Notes under the pieces: model-generated
Told to the model about the DNA's origin: nothing
The model's database searches: none
The model's input: the letters and a program-made list of their open reading frames with translations, nothing else
Program-made: the position numbers and the translations under genes
DNA from: Thalia democratica
Lineage: Eukaryota
Assembly (NCBI GenBank): GCA_965202585.1
Contig: OZ241831.1
Coordinates: 48,732,001-48,796,000 of the forward strand
Direction of reading: 5' to 3'
DNA: 64,000 nt
Shown: positions 27,001 through 38,620 of the stretch, piece after piece
Layout of the letters: each line of letters starts with the position of its first letter
Numbering within the stretch: the first letter of the stretch is position 1

Positions 27001-30000
27001 TAAGCTTAAAACAACAATGTCTGTTTGGTACACAAGTTAATATTATTATAGCACTTAGCTCATCAAAAAACGTATTCATATTAAAAATATATCGTACCTC
27101 ATAAATGAGCTTATATCAATGTTCCTTACAAAAAAACAGCAAAGTTTATTCAAAACGTAAATAGCATTGTAATAGTATATCAAATATTAATAACCATATA
27201 TTTTAAAACTCATGTTAAGTTATTTTTAATACGCTAATTCATCTAGCTGAAGGAAAATTCACATTGTTAATTCATACAAAACAATATCTTTAGGAAGATT
27301 GAATATATTAACAATTAAATTATTATTTAATTCAAAAGCATCTCATAAATGAGCCTTCTGGCATAAGTAATCAAACTAAATTAAAGAACTACTATACAAT
27401 TTTTACTTGATAACTGGAAAATAATATCTCATAAGAGAGAAAAATTCAAAAAACCACATAAAAATTAAAGAAAAAATATCTCATAGCAACTTAGCTACAT
27501 TATATTAACAATTATAATACAAATCACACCTCATATGTGAGCCTCCTTATGTTTTCAGAAACGTCCCTGACTCTTTCCAACACTAGAGGCAGCGTTTTGA
27601 CGGTCAGGTACATGCATTGCAGGCACGAAGATCTCACGACCGCTGATTCGTCACATTGTAGATGGAACATGTATTCTATTTGTATCATATTATCTATTAT
27701 ATTATTTATTATTTTATATATTATTTGATTCGTCACATTGTAGATGGAACATGTACTCTGTTTATATCATATTATCTATTATATTATTTATTATTTTATA
27801 TATTATTTGATTCGTCAAATCGTAGATGGAACATGTATTCTGTTTATATCATATTATCTATTATATTATTTATTATTTTACATACTATTTGATTCGTCAC
27901 GTTGAAACATTTTTTCGGTTAGCATTTCTTAGAATTTATATTAATTAATGCGTTTTAGAAATGTTTTAGTAAAATTTCTAAAATATAAGTTATGTTCTAT
28001 GTTGGATCACCATAAAAAGTTTCAGCAATTTTGTTACAAATTATAGGTGACACAATATTTAAAATAATGAAACATGTATTCTGTTGGTACTAGAATTATT
28101 TAATTGTCAGTTAGTACATATTCTTAAGTATTCCGTTCGTTTTTATAAAATAATCGAGTACTTTACATTTTTCTTTATAACAAACTAACAATTGTATGTA
28201 ACAAGAATTCAAGATATTAGTAGTAACAACTAACAAGTATCCAACATGATAGCTTTTAAAAACTAACGGTTGATAATTGGGCAGTTCTTGTCTTTGGGCT
28301 GCTGCAACCTGACCGAAGCCTTGACCGCTTGAGCCCTCACTCCCGCCACTTTATCGTCCATTCGGTGGACCATCACGTCCGTTATCCTGTGATTTGTTTT
28401 TACATTTATATTAAACGGATAAATATCAAGTGTATCAAATATATAAATCACTTCTGTTATCCTGTATTTTGTGTTCGTGTTTATTACACTTAATGTTTAT
28501 ATGTTATACAAAGCCAGCTACTATATCAGCCATTCTATAGACCATTGCGTCTGTAGAGATAGATAAGTATTTTGGATTGATAAAATACTATAAAGGATGA
28601 TGTTATAGACAGATACATGAAATGAACCCAAGTTAAGTGGTAAATATTTTAAGGGCATAGGGGGTCCACCTTGATTTTTACAAGTTGATCTTATTTTAAA
28701 GAGTTTTATCTAAGCTATCAGACATTTTCAACCGCTTGAAAAATTCCAAGTATTTTTTGAGATATGAGAGATCAAAGTCGGTGACTTCAATAGGTTCCTA
28801 ATGGAAGGCGCAAACTAAAAACACAAAAAAAGACCAATTCACTAAAAATCTATTTCCTCCTTCATTTTTTAAGCAATCTTCTTCAAATTTTCACTGAAAG
28901 TGTGTTATTAATTTTTTTAAAGATTGAATGCAGATTTTTTTTTTAATTTTGAAAAATAAAATTTTTATTAAAAAAAAACCTCTTTTTTTTTTGTCTAAAA
29001 TTAAAACATTATATTTTTAAATATTTTGAAAATTTCAACATTCAAAGTCTTATAAACTATAAACGGAACGTTTCCTGAAAGTTTGAGGCCTCTAGCTCAA
29101 AAAATGAAGGTGAAGATTGATTTTTTGTGGTTTTTTAAATTTCCAAGAAAATGACCTTAAAAAATATGCGGTCTATTTGTTTGTATTGGAAACTTTTTAT
29201 AAAAATTACAATATTTAAAAAGTTAAATAAGATTTCTTAATTCTATAAAAACCGGATTGTAGTTTGTACTTTATGCTTTCATTTTAGATCCAATATCATA
29301 TACTTCCCCCCCCCCTTATGCCCTTAATGGTGAAAATACATAACAATTTAATGCATGTAAAAGATCACTTGTTTTCACTGTGGGAGAGATCAATTTGGAT
29401 TTTTTAGTAATACATTAAATATATCAAGCAGCTTAAAAACATAAGGTGAAAATAAAAATGGACATCGATAGTAGTTCAACTGAAGATGAGATATACAGCC
29501 TGGCTTTACAGTGTTTTACCATGCCTGTTAGTTAATTACTTATAACTTTAGTATTATAAATGAAACTAACTTTAAGTCACCAAAACTGCACTCATTAAAC
29601 TGCTTATTTTAAAATATACATTAAATTGTTATGGTTCACAGTTCTGAAATAGCTAACTTGAGTAGATAAATTAACTTTTTAAAACATAAAAAAATTCTCA
29701 GTAAGAAAGTAACTTGACTTGTCTCTTTAAAAGAAAAACATGTTTAACTAATACAACTTACACCAGTTGCTGCGTGAAAATTGATACTCATTTCAAAAGA
29801 TTAAACTAAAACGACTCACAGTTCAACAATGTCTTCTTCGAGCAAGCACTCGGTGGGAACTGCAGCAAGCAGCAATTGCACCAACTGGCAAGACCTGAAC
29901 CTTATTGTTTTGTTCTTGTTGCAGTGATACTGTTAATAAATATTTTAATTTTTTTGTATGTTTAGGCAATATAGAAAACATAAAGGGATTTTCTGAAAAC

Positions 30001-31904
30001 TTATACTTGGTACTGAAAAATACATAGAGTTATTAAGATGTTACTGTTAAAAGTATGACACTATAATTTACTGTGTGATTGGGATATAATAATGACTTTC
30101 TGTAAAATACTTATAATAAGCTTAAAAACAATAAAATAATAATAAAAACGTTTTTTTCTTGTTGCAGTGGTACTGTTAAAAATAACTAATTTTATATAAC
30201 AAAAGTAAAATAAATTTCTGAAAATCACTTTACTTGGTACTAAAAAATAGATACAATAAAGTCACCAAAATTGTGTTAAAAACAATGTTATTTAAATTTT
30301 ATTTGTGCTTAATACACTGTCTGTTGTGAAAGATGCGTGTTACAACTCGCAACGGCCACAATGTAATGGGTAGAGAAATACATTTATGCACTACTACTGC
30401 TATTTAAAACTTTAATGAATGATGTGAAATTTAAAAAGAAAAGAAATTTGAAAACTTTATTTGATTACTATTTTAAAAGAGTCAGCACTAAAATTTTAGA
30501 TTAAAAACTTTTTACATACAACTATATAACAATAAATCAAATAAACTTTTTCAGAAACGACAAGCCTGATGAGTGAGTAATAAAAATTTTCTTTTTCTTC
30601 GTCTTCATCCTCTTCTTCTCCGGTGTTTGCAAATAGAGCTCCGTATCTGAAAAAAATATTTACAACTACAAGTTTGAGTTTCTATCATAAATGTCTTGTT
30701 CTGCCTGACTTCGTCTAATGATTGGTATAGCACTCAGGAACTTAAATAAAATACTTACATTTAATTACATTGGGTGTATTTAAAACTTAAAAATTCAAAA
30801 AAAAAAAAACATTTAATATTTACAAGATAATATACGTAAATAGCAACAGCTTTGTACACATTAAAACAAGCAAAGCATGCAAAACACTTTACTGCTAAAA
30901 AGTTACTTCCAAACTAAATGTTACTACTTGAAAAATTGTAAACAAACATGGCAATGAACTGCATGAATTTTTCAGCGGCAGAGTCCCTGTTCTTGGTTTG
31001 CAACCCGCATTCGACGCAGTGCTTGAAAGTTTTGATGAACTCTCTTTGCTTGCTCTCACTGGTGCAGACCTACAGATGAAAAAAAAAGTTATTTAACAAC
31101 GATGTTGAAACTTAATAACTTACTATCACTTTTACTAACAATTAAATTAAGTTTATTTTTTTTATTATAAGCAGAAATATTTAAAACTGTTAAATTTAGA
31201 CTTTTGCTTATGCAAATCTGAAATTAAACTTTCATAACAATGTTATAATGTAGTAGTACTAATATGTAGATATTATTTTCAAAGCAGTTTCTATAATTTC
31301 TGATTCTGAAAGAACTTGTTTTAAGTTTTAAAACTAGAAAAAAAACTGTAAAATAAAAAATTTACTTAAACTGTAAAAAACATAAATTAAATATATTGAA
31401 CTTAATATTTTATGTTGATTTTTGAACTGATACATGAAGTTGATTAAAATTTACTTTTGATGTATGACAACTTCCAGTTATACTTATAAAGTAGTTCTTT
31501 TTTCATAAGCTTTTGTAAAGTGCATTTATAAGCAACATGTAGAAGCTCAGTTAATGCAAGCTATATATTTATTTTTTTTTGACTAAAGAGTTAAGTTCAT
31601 TTAATAAATAAATAAGGTCATTTATGTTTGAAAACAAAGCAAGATAAAAGTAGTATATTTGTTCACTCACTTCTTCATAAAACTTCTTGAGAAGCTCTGC
31701 CAGCTTGTTCAGGTTGAACTGCGGCTCCTGGCACTTCTTGAAAGCCTCCAACACCTGAGACTTAACATCTGAGTCCTGAGGCTCCTGAGCTTCCTGAGGT
31801 TTTACTTGTGAATCCTGAGTTTCGGGACTTTTTGGAGCTTCCTCCTCAGCCTCTTGGGTCTTTTTTGGAGCTATTTCAGTCTTTTTTGTTCTTTTTCTAG
31901 GCAT
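12087..31904 (-). CDS. NCAPG: Condensin complex subunit 3 (CAP-G), 24 exons, 3372 nt, 1123 aa. Exons (5'->3'): 31904-31671, 31069-30948, 30646-30547, 29929-29820, 28386-28268, 27675-27530, 26102-25959, 25794-25664, 24784-24623, 23419-23283, 22520-22406, 22067-21905, 21336-21161, 20613-20538, 20239-20124, 18433-18277, 17825-17721, 17133-17056, 15362-15277, 15114-15019, 14047-13867, 13551-13375, 12826-12715, 12415-12087
   Basis: All 23 introns are GT-AG and the phases join into one open frame from ATG 31904 to TAA 12087. Collinear CAP-G motifs: IRFRSCQLV, RMDDKVAGVRAQAVKASVRLQQPKDKNCP, VRDVSENIRRLTYE, IPIDSLSPESVAYW, KEFVAEQL, RLVLHWFNPIT, AFLPTLRTLFDAP..SP, HDNFASMICNEVL. A few junctions (exons 2/3, 3/4, 21/22) have weaker alternatives. 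Confidence 0.93.
15112..15262 (-). repeat. ~95-bp duplication of the exon-20 acceptor region
   Basis: AACCTGCA...AAAACTATTTACTAATAC(A/G)CAGCGCCC occurs twice (starting about 15112 and 15209). Confidence 0.8.
18395..18625 (-). repeat. Three diverged ~90-bp copies of the exon-16 acceptor + exon head
   Basis: ACTATGTAGT...CAACC...TACTAGAAAA at 18395, 18488, 18577. Confidence 0.8.
18660..19015. mobile_element. Half copy of the TTAA-flanked foldback MITE
   Basis: Matches the right arm of 23831-24501 and ends CCCTACGCCC-TTAA. Confidence 0.75.
19185..20092. mobile_element. Degenerate CAGGG-family MITE, reverse orientation to 1750-2142
   Basis: Ends GTGGCAATCCTG with CCTGAGT repeats. The left end is decayed and its boundary is approximate. 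Confidence 0.5.
21617..21807. mobile_element. Mutator-like MITE (GG...CC ends, 9-bp TSD AATTGAAAC)
   Basis: Imperfect TIR GGGACACGTTCAAAAT.CACC / GGTGGATTTTGATAGTATACC. TSD at 21608-21616 and 21808-21816. Internal GGTTAGGG. Second copy at 52768-53026. Confidence 0.8.
22485..22790 (-). repeat. 87-bp tandem array of exon-11 acceptor + exon head (3 full copies + 1 degenerate)
   Basis: TTATCTTGTTTGTTATTT at 22485, 22572, 22659, 22746. Confidence 0.92.
23831..24501. mobile_element. Foldback MITE with ~300-bp TIRs, TTAA TSD, GG termini (Kolobok-like)
   Basis: TTAA-GGGCAT(T/A)GGGG...CCCCTATGCCC-TTAA. The arms are near-complementary. TTAA TSD with RR termini fits Kolobok rather than piggyBac (CCC ends). 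Confidence 0.85.
24505..24560 (-). repeat. Duplicate of exon-9 3' end + donor site
   Basis: ATATAACAACAAACTTCTCATAGTATT.TTCAATGTGTTGTGC repeats 24609-24651. Confidence 0.85.
24720..25200 (-). repeat. ~145-bp diverging copies of exon-9 head/acceptor
   Basis: AATAAGCAACACTTTCGGG at 24738, 24880 and 25026, with a remnant near 25180. Confidence 0.85.
26533..26973. mobile_element. CAGGGTTGCCAC-family MITE, 6-bp TSD AATTAA
   Basis: Ends GTGGCAACCATG. AATTAA at 26527-26532 and 26974-26979. TTTTCCAGG subterminal repeats. Partial relative at about 34070-34330. Confidence 0.88.
27645..27900 (-). repeat. 82-bp tandem array of exon-6 acceptor + exon head
   Basis: GATTCGTCA at 27645, 27727, 27809, 27891. 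Confidence 0.92.
28653..29323. mobile_element. Kolobok-like MITE, TTAA TSD
   Basis: TTAA at 28649-28652 and 29324-29327. Termini GGGCATAGGGG / CCCCTTATGCCC. Confidence 0.85.
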
Positions 31905-34599
31905 TTTAGAAATAAAAATTTAAAACTGTTTGCAATTAAAATACTTTTCTGTTAAAAGTGTTTACATTTCATAACAAGTCATACTAACACACATCATGTT
32001 ATTTCAACCTTGTTTATATTAATTTTCTGTGTATAAAGTTATACAGATACAAAGTGAGCAGAATAGTTTAGCCCTTAAACAACTTAAATGTTTCAATAAA
32101 AGTTATCATAAAGTTATAGTTTCACCCTTTAAGGGATCTTCAGTTACAATTTAAATCTGAAAAATAAAAGTAAAACAAAACATGGAAGATACTAAAAAGT
32201 AAAACAAAACAAGTGAATTAGAATTCGTAACTTATGATGTTTGGAAAGTTTCAACTCTTGAACATTAAAATTGTATGTACTAGAATTACTTAATAAATTG
32301 AAAACTTTAACTTGGGTATTGAACATAAAACTACTAAATTTTAAAAAAATACAATCAGCTTAAAGTAAATAAATAAACTAAATGACGTTAAAACGTTTTG
32401 TACTAATAAGTTAAATAGTTGATAACTTATTAGTACAAAACGTTTTTAGTCCCTTTTAAATAATTTTAAAAAAACCCAGCTTTAAACTATAAAAACTAAA
32501 TTATAACATTAACTTAATTCAAAGTATACAATAGTTACGTCATAATAATAGAAGCGATGTTATTCTAAAAAAATTTCAATGCAATTTTAAATTAGCATAA
32601 TTTAGCTCCAGACAGCTAATAGTTTATCAACTTATATATTCAATTCAAATCTCTTTATTCATGGTAATATGTAAGTTATTTAGTTTATTTACTATGTACT
32701 ATGTCTCAAGTATTTTATTAGTACTATGTCTCAAGTACTATAAAGTAGTTTTTAAAATGTGAGTATTACAATGATGTCAACAATTTTTTAAGCAAGCATG
32801 TCTACTAAAAGTCTTATTTAAGAAACTTATTTCACTTGAGTTTATAACAAAACTTTAGCTTTCAGAAAAATTTATTACTAGTATGTTCCTGCATTTATAG
32901 TTAGTAAAACTTAATTACCACATAACACATGACAGTATACAATATAAAAAGAAAACTCAAGTAAAAAACATATTTCATTGAATTTTTATTGTGTAACTGA
33001 GTAAAGAAGTTTATATGTTCTAAGCTTCTTTAAGACGGATCATAACAATTTTTTTCTACTTATGGTAAATAGCAAACCTTACAAACTTTTAAAAATTGCT
33101 CAAAAGTCTTATGAAGAAATTTATGAAAACTAGTTCATGATTAGCAAAAAAAAGGTATAACTAAAAACAAAATGTACTATTTTGTTAAAACTAAGAAATA
33201 AATCAAAATAATTTTTTCAAAACTTGAAACTTTAATTTACTAGGGTAAGATTCTTTATAATAAAGATTAAATTGAAAGTATTAAAATAAACTTGTAAGTT
33301 AGTGGAACAAAAACTTAATTTTTAAATTATTTCAAACAAATCAAAAATTTGATAAAATAGCTTAAAATAACTAATGAATATTTTTGTTTTAGCTAAAACT
33401 CTTAAGCTTTATCTTATGAATTATTTTATAATACGTATAGCTTATTATCAAACAATTAAACTAAACTAAATAAAATATAAATAAAATAAGAATCAATAAA
33501 TCTTAAGGTAAATTGTCTATCAAGTTGTGTACTCAGAATATTTACAAACTACTTTTTTTTAAGCATGCCCATGTTTAAATTTTGTGTTAGATGTACTAAG
33601 TTATAGATGTATTTTCTAAAACAGAGTTAACTGTATAAATAAATGTTAAGCTGAGATTACTGTTTCAAATAAACTTATTATAAATTAGTTTACTTTTCTG
33701 AGTAAACCTAAAGAGAGTTTGTTTCATTTATGTCTTCAAATATTGTTTGCTTCTTTATAGTAACATTTTTAGGCATTGAAAAGTATATTTAAATAAAAGG
33801 ATTTTTTTTGTGTTATAATTCATCATTATTTTTTTTTCTCATTAAGTGCATAGTGTGTAAATTTTACAGTAATGATTTTTGTATAATAAAATATAAAAGT
33901 AAAGTTAAGTTTATAGCTAAATTTACTTTTTTTTAAGTTTTAAAAAGACTTATGTTTTTTAATCATAATAAAAAACGTACTGGTATTAATGGGCTCCTCT
34001 TTTATATTTTAATATTAAAGTAATTTTTTGTTTAATATTTAATTTTATGTTTTTTTTTTCTTCTAAACAGAGTGGCCTCTGGTTTTTCAGAATTTTTTTC
34101 CAGGTTTCTAAACTTCTACCAGGTTTTTAAAAGTATATGTTTTAGGTCTTATTTTAGATCCTTGGGTTAATTTTTTAGTTTAAAGTTAAGTTTAAGGTAA
34201 AAACTGTGTTAAGTAGTATTAAAAAACATTGAAAAGCTACTGTAAATAAGTTTATGTTTTTAATTGTTGATGACAATAAAAATTTTTTTACTTGATAGAC
34301 TTTTTGTTTCAAATCAAAATTTTACTACTTAACAAGTATAATGTTTCAAATAGAATTGCTAAATTTTTATAGCTAAAAAGAGTTAAAATATTAAAAGGTG
34401 TTGCTCAACAAGAAAATACTTTTCTCTGTTGATTTATGAGTTGTAAGTATATTTTTCTTATTTATTTTTGTGAGTAGGGGTAATAGAAAACTGTATTAAT
34501 TAAACTTGAACATTGCAATATTGAAACCCAGTGGTCAACACATATGCATAATAAAAGTTTTAACTTTTAATATTAATAAAATATAAACATCTAAATTAA

Positions 34600-35290
34600 G
34601 GCCATAGAGGGGGTCCAACATTTTTTTTTACAAAAATTAATTTTGGCTTTTGTATGAAAGCTTTAAATACAAACTACAATCCTGTTTTTATAGAATTCAA
34701 AAATATAATTTAACTTTTGAGATATTGTAACTTTAATACAAAGTTTCCAATACAAACATATGGACCACAAATTTTTTGGTGTCAATATTCTTGGAAATTT
34801 AAAAATTCACTAAAAATCTATCTCCTCCTTCATTTTTTAAGCAATCTTCTTCAAACTTTCAGGAAATGTTCCTAATATTAAAAGGAAAAACATTACTTTA
34901 GAATTTTAATGATGTAAAAAAATAAAAAATTTATTTCAAAAACTAAAAATAAAAGTGTTTTTTTTTTTAATAATTTTTTTACAATTTTTTTTTTAGTTCT
35001 AAAGTAACGTTTTTTTGTTACTGTATAAAGATTGGACTGTGAAAGTTTGAAGAAGATTGCTTGAAAAATGTAGGAGATAGATTTTAAATAAAATAGTCTT
35101 TTTTTGCTGTTTTAGTTTTCCCTTTCCAAAGGGATCCTATTATGCGGCCTGACTTTGACTATTCAGATCTCAAAAAATAATTTGATTTTTTTAAAACAAT
35201 AAAAATCATCTTCAAGCTTGAAAAAAACTCTATAAAATAAGATCAACTTGTAAAAAACATGGTTTACACCCCCCCCCCCCCCCTATGGCC
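34600..35290. mobile_element. Kolobok-like MITE, TTAA TSD (opposite orientation to 28653-29323)
   Basis: TTAA-GGCCATAGAGGGG...CCCCTATGGCC-TTAA. Confidence 0.85.
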
Positions 35291-35294
35291 TTAA

Positions 35295-36343
35295 CATGGT
35301 TGCCACAGATCAGGCTGAGAAAAATTACCTGACTTTTTCCTGACTTTTTAATAAATTTTTCCTGACTTTTTTTAATCAAGCTCTTGACTTAGCCCTATTG
35401 TAAAGTACATAATCAAACACTTGAAACTATATAAAGCTTTCAATCTAACTTTAATACAGGTTAAAACAACAGTTTTTTTTGATGAATTCAATAAACTTCC
35501 ATTACATCACTTGAACCATCTGTGTATGATTGATGTATTTGCAATAAACAGTTAATATCAGCAAAATACTTGTATTTTCTAACTTATAAACACTACTTGT
35601 CTATAAAAAGACACAATTTTATAGCATTTCCTAACATAAATGTATCTAAATAAACAAAACAATATATAAAGAATTTTTACAATTAATACCTTATATTAAA
35701 AACAAACTTTACAACTAAAACCTTAAAAACATTACAAACTTCTACTATTAAAACCATAAAACAATAAAGAACTTAATCAAGCACTTTTTTTTTTATATGT
35801 ACTAAAATTCATTTTTCCGTGTCTTTATTAGCACTCAACCTCTTCATCTAATGAAGATATAGTTTCCTTTATCTAGTCTGCATCCCACTTTATTTTCATG
35901 GCAGTTAAAATCATTTGCCTCATTTTATTTAAATTGTTCTCATCTGCTTCCCCTATACTTGTTGAAGAGAATCTTTTCTAGCCACGATTTGTGGGCTTCA
36001 TTTCTTTTTTTTTGCTCTCATTTATTTTTACCTCCAATTTTGCAAGTTAATAGAAAAACTTTGCAGTTTTATAAAAGAAAATTTATTAATTTATACCAGA
36101 TGAAAGCATTGGAAATTTGGTAATTTTGTAAATTTCAAAGAAAATTTTGCAATTTTAGTCTGACTTTAAAGGATTTTTCATTAATTTTTTACCATTTGAA
36201 GGCTTTGGAAAAAAAGGAATTTTATAATTTTAAACTGACAAATTCTGACTGTTTTTTTTTTGTCAAATTTCCTGACTTTTCATGACTTTTTTTTCAAAAA
36301 TCCCCATTTTTTCCTGACTTTTCCTGACCTTGTGGCAACCCTG
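35295..36343. mobile_element. Second copy of the long 6-bp-TSD transposon (deleted relative to 8424-10067)
   Basis: CATGGTTGCCAC...GTGGCAACCCTG, collinear similarity to 8424-10067, right flank AGTTAA. Confidence 0.88.
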
Positions 36344-37639
36344 AGTTAAAATTAAACACATAACATTTAATAGCTTTCAACATTTACTTTTTATAAACAA
36401 TTAGAAGTTGTCTATAACTATTTTGTATTTTTGAATTCAACATTATGTGTTTTTGATGTTCTGTACAAGACTTAAAAAGGTATCCGTGGTTTGCAACTCT
36501 ATAACTAAAAGGTTTGGTAAATACCTAGGACTATGTGGCACCAATGTCAAACTGAAGTTATACGATAATGTAATATCGATAAAGTAATACGATACTTTTT
36601 TAACCATAATTTTAGGCTAAAAATCAATGTTTAAAGCCTAATATGTTTAATCTACAATGATACGATTTAGTTAGTTAGTTGCTTTGTTTTAAACAAGCTG
36701 TATAAATACATAATAAGAATTAAATTTATTTATATAAACTAAAGTATTTAATCGATTTTACTTTACAACACCATAATCAATATAAACTATTGTTTTGATG
36801 TAATTGCTTTATACTGTAAGATAAAAGCAATAAAACATTTAAGTTTTATTAGTTTATGATTAATAAGTTTAATTTTATTTAAGAAGTATAAATTTTAGCT
36901 TAAAATTTTGGTTTATAAAACATCAAATATTACATTATTTCAGCTTGATATTGGTGCAACATCATCCTAGGTAATTACCAAAGGTTCTTGTGCACCAGGC
37001 TCTAGAACCAAATATTTTGAGCGCTTTTTTTGTCTTCAATATATAATATAAAATTTCAATATAAAATATTTGTAACATATGCATATAATATTTTGTATTT
37101 TGATTTGACATTATGTATTTTTGATAAAATATTTGTAACATATAAATGAAATATTTTGTTTTTGGTCTCTTGTAGTAAACACTTGGTGGATGACAGTTTT
37201 ATGAACTAGCCGCCTCATTTATTTACTGACGAAAATGTCTTTTAGAATAATCATCAAAGGCTTTGAAATCAGCTGAGTAAAAAAAATACGAGTTTATCTT
37301 AAGCTCATGAACAGAACAAGTTTTGTTACAATTTCTATACCACTAATAAGTAATCTTAATTTAAAACTGTTAATATTTTTTACTTAAGTAAGTTTAAAAT
37401 GTATATTTGAATAAACTAAAATTTTAAAAAAAGGTCTGTTCAGGTAGTGCATTTAAAAAATACATTAAACTAATTACTAACTAAGTAACAAAAACACGCA
37501 ATATTAAAGTTGACTTATGATGTACTTTTTTATAAACGAAATAATTTTAAACGTTTCGTCTATTTGTTTTTTTTTTTTCTAAAAACAATATTTTAAACAA
37601 TTTTAAGATTGGTTTTAGACAGGGTTATTCCGCCACTTG

Positions 37640-38620
37640 GGTTTTGTCAGAATTTGTTGAAAGGGTACTGTCCTATTTTGATAAAAGATACGCAGTTTGT
37701 GCAGTCTTTTTGGATTTAAATAAAGCATTTGATAGTGTAGATAGAAATATTGTACTAAGGAAATTGGATATTATGATGTAGTGTAAGAGATAATATGCAT
37801 CTACTAATTAGTTCATATCTAGATGAAAGCAAACAGTTTGTTAGCTTTGGAGGATACGAGTCAACTTGTGAAAAAATTGAAGTTGGGGTACCACAAAGCT
37901 CAGTATTAGGACCGTTGTTACTCCTAATAAATACAAATGACTTACAAAATGATACTAGTCTCAACTCAACGTCCTCAACTTTGCAGATGATACAATGTTA
38001 TACAAAACGTTCACAAAAGATACATATCTAAATGACAGTAAAAGTTTTAATTCGATTGGCTTATGGTAAATAAACTGAAACTAAACTTTGATAAAACCAA
38101 AAATATGCTTCTACGTTAATCAAAAAATGTTTTTTGAAAAAAATAAATTACAATGTAAAAGTAGATAAAACAATTAAAAAAAACAGTTACAAAAATTTAG
38201 GAACAGTTATAGACACAAATGCAAGTTGGTCAAAACATTTAGAAACTATAAAAACTAAATTATAAAAAACATCTGGTGTATTATATAAAACAAGACATTT
38301 CTTAAATGAAAAAACATTACATTCTTAGACAAGACGTTAAGAGGTATCTGTGGTTTAAAACTCGATAACCAAAAAGTTTTTTCGTCCTGGGGTCAAATAT
38401 TTTGAAAGTATTTTTTGTCGTTCAATAAACAAAATATATATAATCTTTAGTTCTTTGTTTATGAGCAATGTTAGATATGGTTGGTTATGCTGGGGATAAG
38501 GAAATAAAAAAATAATTAATGATATCAATGTTCTTATAATCAGAGCACTTAGATGAATACATTATAAGAATTATGATAATAGTGTTAGAAAATTTAAAAC
38601 TAAAAAAATAAATGGTGAAA
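37640..38620 (+). mobile_element. Degenerate CR1/L2-type non-LTR retrotransposon RT fragment
   Basis: Frame-broken motifs AVFLDLNKAFDSVD, GVPQSSVLGPLL and FADDTML. Interrupted by a SINE-like copy at about 38325-38430. Confidence 0.85.
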
